Positions 1-10,889 of a stretch of DNA of 64,000 nt are shown in pieces (position 1 is the first letter of the stretch; each line of letters starts with the position of its first letter). This DNA is from Heteronotia binoei (taxonomy: Eukaryota), in assembly GCF_032191835.1 (NCBI RefSeq), contig NC_083228.1, forward strand, positions 53,382,001 through 53,446,000, read 5' to 3'. The notes beneath the pieces were generated by a model. That model saw nothing but the letters and a program-made list of their open reading frames with translations. It ran no database searches and had not been told where the DNA came from. The translations under genes were made by a program, and so were the position numbers.

Positions 1-1509
1 AAGTACCCCAATGGCAAAAAGCATAGCTTTCTGGGGTTGTATTTCTTCCCATGGTAGCTTTTTACAAAAGAAAACTGTAAGTGGTAAGTGGCTGTACTTT
101 GGTGACACTCTTTGTTACTGTACAGGGGACAGTGTCCTAGAGGAATAGCTGCTAGAGCCACTTTTATCTGCATTATAACAAAAAACAATCAAAACAGAGT
201 AAGTAGTACCCCCACTGGGTTGCTCAAGGGCTGAATGGCCTGAACAACCATGACCCCGGGGGTATACTACCTCTTCTTCGCTAAGTAAGATGACAACTGA
301 GCAAAAGCAGCCATAAACTCCAGTGACCAAACAGCATCTGTCCAGCTACAAAGTTAATTGGAAAAGAAGTTGAACTGTGCTCAAGATTAATTTTGCCAGA
401 GAATATAGAGGCAATCTACTCAGGAGCTCAGTTTTCTGAGAGAGTTTAAACAAGCTATGTTTGCCAAATGAACATGGCTGCTGCAAAGTTCTCAGTCCAC
501 CCAGAGAAACAGTCAGGTGAAAAACTAGAGTAACAAGGTTGTATTTGACAACTTATTTAGGAAAGAGAAAATCTCAACCTGATTGCAAATTATTTAGTGA
601 AGAGAAAATCTCAAACTTTCCTTCCTGTAGCTAGTATTCCCTAATTTAGTCATTAAGAACCACACCCTGATTATTCTGATTTATAACAGATAAATTCAAA
701 ATTAAATTGCAAAAGAAGTTGTATTCAAATAAAAATGTGGTCCATTTTGTATACCTCATTACAGATATATAGATGATAAATAAGAACAAATCATGTGATC
801 TGAAATGCAGGGAGAAGAGATTGTTCCCTGCTTCTCTAAATAGTACATCTGGCCCCAAATGATGGGAGCCTCTTTACTCTTAGGCTTGCCATGAGCTTGA
901 AAAGTCTGAGAGTATTAATGTAGACATGCTGATATAGACAGTCTGATCTTCTGGAACTCTAAGAGTGTGATCCTATGCAAAGATACTCCACTCTAACACA
1001 GGTGAGTAAGCCCCAAATATGATTGCTATGTGATTGTTTTCTTCTCAACTTCTATTAAAAATTCCTTTATCAGGATGTAGACTGGCTTCCTTTTCATTAG
1101 CAAGTGATTTGCTATAGTGGGGCCCATAAAATATGAGCGATTAGGGATGACAACAACAATAGTAATCCTACAAAATACTGAAAATCCACAACCTGCCCCT
1201 TAAATGAAGGAGGGCTAAAGGAGTTTTAACTTTTGGCTCATTTTCATTTTATTTTTTTTCCTCTTTTCTTTATTACATGTGTTTATTTTCTTTATTATAT
1301 TTATTATTTGTTTCCATTAGAACTGAAGCTTGATGCTATTAATGACTAAGGTCTTCTTGGCTGAAGCCCTATGTTGATTCCTTCTTTTTGTTTTACTCTG
1401 CTTACCACACCCCAACGCTCAGAAAAAGCTTATTCTCTAAATGATGTTATGAGTCTTGTAATATGCCCTGAGCCCACTCCATGGACAGGACAGGATATAA
1501 ATCAAAAAA

Positions 1510-1770
1510 GAAGGGATTGGATAAACATATGGAGCAGAGGTCCATCAGTGGCTATTAGCCACAGCGTATTGTTGGAACTCTCCGTCTGGGGCAGTGATGT
1601 TCTGTATTCTTGATGCTTGAGAGGGGCAACAGTGTGAGGACTTCTAGTGCCCTGACCCCACTGATGGACCTCCTGATGGCACCTGGGTTTTTCGGCCACT
1701 GTGTGAAACCGAGTGTTGGACTGGATGGGCCATTGGCCTGATCCAACATGGCTTCTCTTATGTTCTTAAA
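1510..1770 (+). mobile_element. CR1 LINE 3' end fragment
   Basis: GGATTGGATAAACATATGGAGCAGAGGTCCATCAGTGGCTATTAG (ORF2 end) plus 3' UTR ending TTATGTTCTTA; homologous to copies at 20716, 21337 and 42405. Confidence 0.85.
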
Positions 1771-1836
1771 CAAACAAACAAAAAAATCTGTCCTGATTTG
1801 TTTAGATACAGTTCAAGTGGCTAGTTTAAACCTTAC

Positions 1837-1950
1837 CTTGTGATTACATATGGTGCAAAGCAAAGTATAAATGTGCCAATAAAGGTGCTAATTTTCTTGG
1901 TTGCTCGTTGTCTCCGTCTCTTCTGTTCTTCTAGACATCGCTCTCTTACA
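1837..1950 (-). CDS. GPR26: GPR26 coding exon 2 (114 bp; not in the ORF track)
   Basis: Minus strand reads acag|T GTA AGA GAG CGA TGT CTA GAA GAA CAG AAG AGA CGG AGA CAA CGA GCA ACC AAG AAA ATT AGC ACC TTT ATT GGC ACA TTT ATA CTT TGC TTT GCA CCA TAT GTA ATC ACA AG|gtaagg = (S)VRERCLEEQKRRRQRATKKISTFIGTFILCFAPYVIT(R). Phase matches exon 1; canonical AG/GT sites. Confidence 0.95.
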
Positions 1951-2859
1951 CTGTGTAGTATTTTTGACAAAACAAAACAAAAACTGAATTATAATTCCAA
2001 ATAGCATTTCAGCATTTTTTAATTGTAGCTTTAATTACCTGGGTTTTCCTAAGAGGTATTCCATTTGTTTAGAGTAACAAACATATGGAATCAAACATAT
2101 GGTGTCAAACATATGGCCTGCTGGTTGGAACTGGGCCATTCAGGGCTCTTATCCAGACCATGAGCAGTTGATGCTGTTCTCACCCCATAAGGGAAAAGAG
2201 GTCACTGGAGGACAAAAAGCATCCCCTGGAAGTTTTGGAAATAGCCTCTCTGTCAGGACTTCCCCTCAGCTCCTCTGCTTCTGTGAAAAATATAGGAGGG
2301 ATGAGAAATGGAGGTGGGGGATCTGGGAGAGCCAGGGTTTTGTGGGTTCTCCCGTAGTAAATTGATTGCTTTCACTGCTAGGAATCAATTGCTTGAGTTA
2401 AAAATAATACCATTAATCAGGTTCGCCTGTGTCCTTTATAAAGTTTATATCTCCAGAAGCTGGTATTACATTTTAAGGCAAACTTGGCCTGGACTGCCAA
2501 ATTGACATTTATGTAACAATTACGTAACAAATGAGTTTAGCTCCTCTTGTTTACAGCATTACTAGATCTTAAAGCATTTAATCTCTTGTGAACAAATTAT
2601 GTCAAGAAAACTATTTCCTTTAGTTTGTGATGGCATTGTGTCAAATGGTAGTCATATCAGGGCAGGAAGAAGTTCTGTAGAAGTCCATCAGTACTCCTCA
2701 GTAGTCTTTAATATTTATACTAGAAAAAAGGAAATGCATTTTAATCTATATAATAATACCTATTTTCCAGGTTTTGAATTGACTTTTTATTTTTTCTGAT
2801 GCAAAGTACTTATTTGATTATTGATTTGAGGAAGTGCAAACCTTGTAGATGTTTAGAAA

Positions 2860-2932
2860 AGGGTAAAACATGATCCCATAAATTATAAAAGACAACAGGG
2901 TAAAACATGATCCCATAAATTATAAAAGACAA
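2860..2932. repeat. Perfect 36-bp tandem duplication (period 37)
   Basis: AGGGTAAAACATGATCCCATAAATTATAAAAGACAA occurs at 2860-2895 and 2897-2932. Confidence 0.9.
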
Positions 2933-3467
2933 AGGCCACATTGCGGACTAAAGCATGCTTTTAACTCATTGATTGCAATTTTGGCCCAGCAGGCATTTGA
3001 GAAGTATGAAGAGCCAGCACTTCAAAAAGGAATCCCAGTGAGTGCCTATGGAAGACTTGAAGTGGATGTTCTTTCAGCAGTCTATTGCATGGGGCTTTAT
3101 TGGCTCTTCCTTTATCCAAAGCTATTGGAAGGAATGAAGTAAGCTCTGATAAATGGCTTACTACAGCTTTGTTGTACCCCTTTATCTCAAAAATCTTCAT
3201 AAATGTTATTTTCTAGATAAAGTAATAATTAAGGCCTTTTCTACCATCAGCCACCTCTGGTTAAAAAAATTACAACTAAAGAAGGAAAACCACATATTTG
3301 CCATGATTTCACAAAACTATATTTTCTGGAAGCTTGCATGATTACATAACTTCTGTTTACTTGGTCTGATATTGTTCATGAAATAGCAAGATCATACTGC
3401 ATCATATTGTATGGATTCATTAATATGGGAAATGCCTTCAAACTTACTTGCAGGGCCATCTCATGGG

Positions 3468-3661
3468 CAATGTTCCCTCTAAGCTGAGTTAGCGTGAGCT
3501 AGCTCACAGGTTTTTAGCCTACAGCTCACACATTTTTGTCTTAGCTCATGAAGGATGATCCCACAGCACAATAATTTATGCAGTAGCTCACAACTTTAAT
3601 ACCAGCAGCTCACAAAGTAGAATTTTTGCTCACAAGACTCTGCAGCTTAGAGGGAACATTG
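3468..3661 (+). mobile_element. hAT-type MITE, copy 1 (194 bp)
   Basis: TIRs CAATGTTCCCTCTAAGCTG / CAGCTTAGAGGGAACATTG; perfect 8-bp TSD CTCATGGG. Confidence 0.92.
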
Positions 3662-4389
3662 CTCATGGGTCAAGCAGCATAAGCAGCCACTTGAGGTGGC
3701 ATTTTGATGGGGGCAGCATTTTCTCAAGCCCTGGCACTTGGCTTCTCATCCATCCTAGTTCTCCCTTTCTGAGTGGCCATCTTCCTTCTTTCCCTTTGGC
3801 CATAATTGGAGAGGGACTTAGCTACCTTAAACACCAACCTGTTCACAGCCAACCAATCATTTATGGCATTCCACTTGAGCTTGGGGTGTTGTCAAAACCA
3901 GGAGTGTTGTCAAGATTTTGTGAGGCCATAAAATATCTTCCCATAACCCCACAATCTAGTCTAAAATAATTTATGCATTATAACTGAAAATAGATTTCAT
4001 TTTTAAACTCTTCTAGATTAAGTTAATTTTGAAGGCTGTTGTCATATCTAATGTCCCACTTTTTGTAGAATATTTTTCCTAAAACTTTTTTTATCATATC
4101 ACATGCATTACATTAGTTTCAAATAATTTCAAAATCCAGAATAAAATCTTTACTATTACTTTGCATAATTAAATAGAACAAAGTTAGAGTCCAATGGCAC
4201 CTTTAAGACTAACAAAACACTCCCTTTGTTGGTCTTAAAGGCGCCACTGGACTCTAACCTTGTTCTATTGCTTCAGACCAACACAGCTACTCACCTGGAT
4301 CTATTTGCATAATTAAATGTTCAACGTACAAATCATGTTAAATGTTCAACATATGATCCTTCACTTAATATTGGACTGAGGTATCACCA

Positions 4390-5265
4390 ATATGCTGTTA
4401 TCACCAGCCTTAGCTGTCAAGAACTTAGGCATGACTCTGGATGCCTCCTTGTCTATGGAGGCCCAGGTCACAAAGGTTTCCAAGCTGGCATTTCTCCAAC
4501 TACAACAGGTTAGGCAACTGGCTCCCTACCTGTCTCACCCTAACTTAGCCATGGTAATCCATCTAAGACAGAAATCCTGTGTCTGGATTGGGGGAGGGCA
4601 GGAAATGGGATCAGGCTCCTGCCGTTTGATGCCATCAACAGAGCTGAAGAGCTTGAGGGGGGGGTATTCCTGGATACCTCTTTACCTATGGAGGCCCAGG
4701 TTGCTGCCACGGCAAGGGTCACCTTTTTCTATCTGAGGTTGGCCCCCTACCTTCCCCCCCCCTGTGATCTAGCCACAGTGATTCATGCAACGGTCACCTC
4801 CAGATTGGACTATTGTAACTCTTTCTACATGAGGTTACCCTTGATTTTGCTCCAGAAACTCCAGTGGGTGCAGAACGCAGCAGCCCTATTATTAGCATCG
4901 AGGCCTTTACAGGCATGGATGCATCCAGTGCTGTGCGAACTGCACTGGCTACTCCTTGAGTATCGGATCTGTTTCAAGGTGTTGGTCTTTACCTTAAGGC
5001 CCTTTACGGCCTGGGACCTGCATATCTTTGGGACCACCTCTCCCCATATGAGCCCCCCCCCCCGAGCTCTGAGGTCAGCTGCACAACATCTTCTTGTGAT
5101 CCCTGGTCCTAAGGATGCATGACTGGCTTCAACAAGGGCCAGGGCCTTTTTGTTCCGGGCCCCCACCTGGTGGAATGAGCTCCCATTGGAGATCCGGGCC
5201 CTGCAGGACTTATCTAAGTTTCACAGGGCCTGTAAGATGGAGCTCTTCCACCAGGCTTTTAATTG
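4390..5265 (+). mobile_element. L2-clade LINE, 5'-truncated ORF2 C-terminus, with the SMEAQV segment occurring twice
   Basis: DLATVIHATVTSRLDYCN...QNAAA...LHWL...FKVLV motifs, homologous to the 3' part of the L2 at 31500-32100. Confidence 0.85.
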
Positions 5266-5539
5266 ATCCAGTGGGTGTCCCCTGAAGTCATTGCTCACCC
5301 CAGCACCTTGCCATCTATGCTATGCTGAATACTACCAGCCTATGTGTGGTTTATGACTTGTTGCCAATGATGTGGATCATAGTTTCTGTTAATTCGGTAA
5401 TTTATGATATTATCTAGTCTGGATGTGGTTTGTTTAATGTTTCTGTAAGGATTTTAATGTTGTAAGCCACCCACAACCCACTTGCAGAATAGAGCGGGGT
5501 ATAAATAAAAAAATTAAATTAAATTAAATTAAATGCACA

Positions 5540-6230
5540 CATTGGTGGTAATCCACAGTTACTGTAATTTGCTTTAAGTGGGCTCACCCTTGTGCCTGAT
5601 CCTAAAACTCCAACTGATCCAGAATGCAGCCATACAGGTCCTAACACGGTCCCCTTGTAACACCTACAGTCTGTGTTGCATGAGCTGCACTGTCTTCTGG
5701 TGGAGCACCGGATCTGGATCCAGGTTCTGGTTTTGACCTTAAGGCCTTTAGCAGTCAGGAATCCACATATCTTCAAGATCGCTTCTCTAAGTATGCCCCA
5801 GGAAGAGCATTACAATCTGGAAATAAGAACCTCCTGGTGGTCCCCAGCCTGAGAGAGATCTGGCTGTCCTTGCCTAGTTATGGAATTCCCTGCCTGAGGA
5901 CCTCCATGCCCTACAAGATTTGCTACCATTCTGTAGCACTTGCAAGGCAGAGATGTCCCACCAGGCATTCAATTGAGGACAGTGACAATCTGGCACTCAA
6001 ACATCCCATTCTCCCTCTTTTCCATCTCCTTATATTTTACCTACAGAGGGGGCAAGTGAGCACTGAAAAATTCTATTCCCATCTTGGTTAGTGTATTATT
6101 TTTTACTGCAGATACTAAATATTTTAATGCTGTTTGAATCATGTTATTGTATTTTCTTTGATGTAAGCTGCTCTGGGCCTTGCTCACAGGGAAGAGTAAC
6201 CCTACAAGTCCATTATAATAAATAATAATA
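5540..6230 (+). mobile_element. Older L2 3' fragment
   Basis: Degenerate DYCN / QNAA / LHxL / KALYG-type coding remnants followed by an L2-like tail; boundaries approximate. Confidence 0.6.
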
Positions 6231-8228
6231 ATAAATAATGAGTGATTTGAAAGTATTACCTGGTCCTTCTCATAAAAGCATTGTTTGGAAGATCTCCTAT
6301 TCAACATTGATAGTTTTACAGTCTCAAACAGGCTTGAAGTTTACCCCTGGTAGGGTTCCATAAATAGCAAGTGGACCATGGATAGTTTGGTGGTCACATT
6401 ATGCAAACTTGCTGTAAGATGACTGGAACACAGTCCATTCTGAATCAATGCATGTGCCACCAAATTAACATCTTTATGACTTTTTCTTCTTTTAAAAAGA
6501 TCTGTGTCTTAGTATCTTTGCTAATGATTGCTGAATGGCACGACAGTGCCTGGCTTCTTTCTCTGAAGGTTTCTGTTCTTTGCAGATCCATGAATTTTTA
6601 CTCATAGCCCTCCCCAAAAAACAAACAAACCATGCACAACAGATAGAATCACTATGTTCTTGCATGTTTAGTACAGAAATACTGAATATACATGACATGA
6701 AATTGGCCCTGGAGTGGTCCAGGTTTAAGCCAATTTTGGACTGTTTTTCAGCCATGTGAAAAGCCATTAAGGTCTTAAAATAGCTATGTCCTGATAAAAC
6801 ACTGCACTGAAATCAGTGCTATTTCTGTACAGAGGCAACAAAAGGAGCTACATAGATGCTAGGTTTTTAGTTCAGGTTGCCTTTGACATTTAACTGAGTT
6901 TAACTAGAGCTCCTCTATAAGCTCGCACTGTCACACTCACTAAGCCATTCATCTAGGTGTGATGCCATAATGGCTTGCACCTACAAGCAGCTCCTTTCAC
7001 AGTTTTAATAAAGGTAGGAAAAATGAATAGGCTTAACAGCAAATTGTGGATAATTTTGAATGCCTGTGTAGGCTCAGTATCTTACTCCTCTGGGTGAAAC
7101 AAGAACATTTACATGACTGATAAATCTTTATAATGCATGCATTCTTGTAAGAAGTTTAGATGGGTTATGCTTACTGTTGCTCAGCCAGCTTCAGAGCTAC
7201 ATACCATTGAACTGATGAGGTGCATAATTTACAAAGTTCTTTCTATTATGCTGGAAATCACTGTTCAAAATTTGTGTAAATTATCCCTACATATCTAAGA
7301 TTTGTCCCAGTGTTGACAGGTAAATCTACAATTTTGGGGGTTTGCAAATGTAGGGGAAATTGTCAAAACATCTTGATTTTAAATAACAGTTAATCTTTAC
7401 ATCTATGCACATGATTTGGATGGCATTTTGTGTCACTGTGGTGGTCCACAGGGGAAGATGGCAGAGGTGGCAACAACCAGGAGAAAGAGTCAAGGAGGGA
7501 GAAGTCAGCGAGATGCTTGAGCTGGTGGAAGTGAACCAGTAATGGTACAAAAGGGGAAAACTAAGAATTAATTAGCAGTGGGGGAGCTGAAGTTGGCAAA
7601 AATTAGCAGTGGGGGAGCTAAAGTTGGCAAAGGTGAAACTGGTGGCAAAGGGAGGAGTAGACAACTGGGGATTTTTCCTCACACACGTCTTTGTGGGCCT
7701 CTTTTGTACCTTTTATTGCCTAAGACCCCAAATGCTGCAAAAAAGTACTGAAAGGTATTCTGCAAATAAGGTCATCCTTGTTTACATAGCTGCCATTCAT
7801 TATAGCCTATTTTGCCATTGACTTCAATGGCCCAGAGGGTATAATGGAGTCATTCATTTGGGAATAGCCTAGTATCTCCTGAATCAGATTCAGCTACTGA
7901 ATATTTTGCCCCCAAATAACCCCAAATCCAAATTTTACCAGATTTTTTTTTGCACTTCCCTAATACTGAACTTCATGCTCCAAGGACCTATAAATGGGAG
8001 AGGGCTGCCACTCCACCTGGACTTATCTTGTATTAGTACCAACTACCTAGGATTTGATGACTTTGGAGAGGAAGATACTGTATATAATAGACGTAGTAGC
8101 ACCATTGTGATTCTACTCGATTGTTTTATTGTTTAATATTGGTTACTAATGTTGCCTTTGTTTATCTTATGTTGTTAGCTGCCTTGAGTCTTCGCAGAAT
8201 GGGTGGCATATAAATCTAAGTAACTAAC

Positions 8229-8270
8229 TGAATGAATGAATGAATGAATGAATGAATGAATGAATGAATG
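8229..8270. repeat. (TGAA)n microsatellite at the tail of an L2/MIR-like 3' end
   Basis: Direct reading of the sequence. Confidence 0.9.
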
Positions 8271-10406
8271 GATAAGATTATGCTATCAAATATGTTATGG
8301 CAAAAGATTCCTATGCATATATCCATAGGAATAGAATATGTTTCTCCTCCTGGACCAAAAGGTTGGAAGAAAGCAAAAGGACTGGGGTAGAGGATAAACC
8401 TTTATGATATTCCCTTTTATTCTGAGTTGCAATTCTCAGAACAAAATACAACCAAAGGACTGTGTCATAAAGGGTCAACGGCACATTGAAAAGTCAGATA
8501 AATGAAGAATAAAGTTAAAAGATAATGCAATTGGCACCAGTGCTCTATTTCATGAAATGGCAAGATAACATTATCTTGTTCTATCTAGTATTTGTTTATT
8601 TTGTCCTGTTCAAGATTTACAAATGCCTTGTTTTGGCAGAAATAGCAACCTACCATCCGTTAATTAATTATTCAAGCAGGTGTTTTACATGCAAGGACTC
8701 AGGTTAAAAAAATGGATGGAATATGCAAGCAAGGAGAAAGAAACACTACTGTTTCCCATCCTTTGCTTCTTTGAGTACTGTTGCATCCATCATTTTCCCA
8801 CTGGTCCAGCTAACTTCTGATATCAGAATCTGGCCATGATAAAATAAACTTGAAATGGCAGAGTTCAGTGCAGTAAAGCAGGGAAGGGAAAGCAGAGTTA
8901 GTTCTAGGCAATCTGTATTCTAAATTTGGTAAGCTTTGGTAAGTTTGAACTGAATATCCCCATTTTGAGTTTGCTTCTCCCTTGAAAGAATCCACCTCTC
9001 CAGAGATCTGTTTGAGGTAGCCCGCAAACCAAAAACGACAACAATCTCAAAAACAACATTATCAATATTAAAACAAACCATAAAAACCACAGCATAGATA
9101 GAAGTGGATCATAACTTTTTAAAATAGAAGACTTAAATTAAAAGCTTATTTTAGCCTGGCTTATACTGCCTTATCTGTTTCTGGTAAATCTCAGTGTGAA
9201 AAGCTGGGCTGGCTTTAGCGTCACAAGAGAAAGCCATTCAATTATCCACAGCTCATGGGTCATTAAGTGACTGTGTTTCATGTCCATCTCCTCAGAAAGG
9301 AGGCCACCAGAGGGTATGATGAGTTCACCCTCCACCCCATAGACACCTCAGGGAAAAAGGGACTGAATCTTCACCATGATCCAGCTTTTCCTTCCAGGAC
9401 TCCCCCATCCTTTCCTAGCCTCTGAGCTAGCTCTATAGAGAAAGAAGAAGCTACAATCATGTGCTCTCAGCTCTGAGGTGAAGGAACTTAAATAATTCTT
9501 AACAGTCCCTGCAAGTCTCTCCCCTGCCCCTTTCTCTGATTGGTAGGAACTGGACAATCCCAGGTGTTGCCTCCCATCCCTGAAAAAGAGCTGGGGATGT
9601 TCTGTGCTCCCTTGTGGTCAGCTTTGCTCTGGTCTTTTCCATGGGGCTGTCACATGGATTTGATTTCTGGCCTACTAAGGCTTGAAGCTGCAGTGTTGCC
9701 AACTTGCCACTTGCTTCCTGCACCCTAAGAAAGCCTGAGCCCACAGCCACATTGAGGAACTGTGCCCCATCCTACATCCCCATCTTTGCAATGGTTCTGG
9801 GACTGATGTCAGAGTACCTATCTGGCTCTGAATCCAGACACTCTGGATGAGCTCACTCAGTGGTGATGAACAGAAAGGAACCTATGGTATCCCATCACAC
9901 AAATTCAATGAAGTTAACCTTCTGAACCACCTGGTGAAAATGGGCCTAACTGGTATTAGATTGTTTTTGGTCTTTTTGGAAGGTAAGTTTCAAAAAGTGG
10001 TTCTAGGAAACTTTTACCCAGCCCCTTGACCATGGCTCTGTTGGGTTACCACAAGGCTCCAGTGTGTAATCCCATGGTATTTGTTATCTATATGAAAGTC
10101 TTGGGGAGCTCTTTCCATAAAGATCTAGAGAAGCTGTGGATGAACTTAACTGGAGTCTATGAAAGACTGAAAGAAGATAAATGGAATTAAATTAAATCCA
10201 AACAAATTAGGTTGTGCAGACGGTTGGGGGGGGGAGTTTATCCAGGAGTAAGTATTAACCTGCATTGGACTGGGGTGTACTCCTCCCCACCAAAGAAACA
10301 TGCCCACTGTTGGGGGTCTGCTCCTGAATGAAGCACTGATCCAGTCTACCAGTTTGATATGTCTTTTCTGTATAAGGCAGATCTAGGGCCCAAAGTCAGA
10401 TGGCCA

Positions 10407-10804
10407 TGTCGGAGCGGGAGTAGCAGAGTGAGGGAGATGACTTGCCCGACACAGGGCTTCAGGAAAGAAAATCAGGCCGACACGTGCAACTAGTGCCAAA
10501 AGGTGTATTAACATATATACACGACAAGTGCTCTCTTGTGCAGTCTATACAATATCACCTCCACGGACAAAGTGCTTCGCCTAACCACCATCTCACAGGG
10601 AGAGACCTGTGTGATGCACACACAGATCATATATAGTCCAAGCAGCCAATCCTGGCCGTGCTGACTCAGCAGATTGCATCACTTGGCTTCTGCCGGCTCA
10701 AGCCGGTCTGCTGATCAGGTCACTGTGACCTAGCCTGGCAGCTAGATCACCAGCTGTCATACTGTAGCTGTCAGACTGGGTTTATGTAGATTCTTGCTCC
10801 AACA
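10407..10804 (-). repeat. 3' LTR of the copia element
   Basis: Reads TGTTGG...CCGACA on the minus strand; preceded by the PPT and followed by TSD. Confidence 0.95.
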
Positions 10805-10889
10805 CACCTCCTAATCTATTTAAACCCAGTGCACCAAAACACTTTACACAGTTTACATACATGTGCACCAGCAACATTACAGTTCATAT

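Noticed and set aside
115-330. 71-aa minus-strand ORF
   Set aside because: No recognisable domain or splice support; lies within GPR26 intron 2.
1-1836. GPR26 exon 3
   Set aside because: No LVEL...HWG...SKCLAYSKAASDPF frame found on the minus strand. A CAT TGG GGT near position 10 has the wrong context. The exon is presumably beyond the window start.
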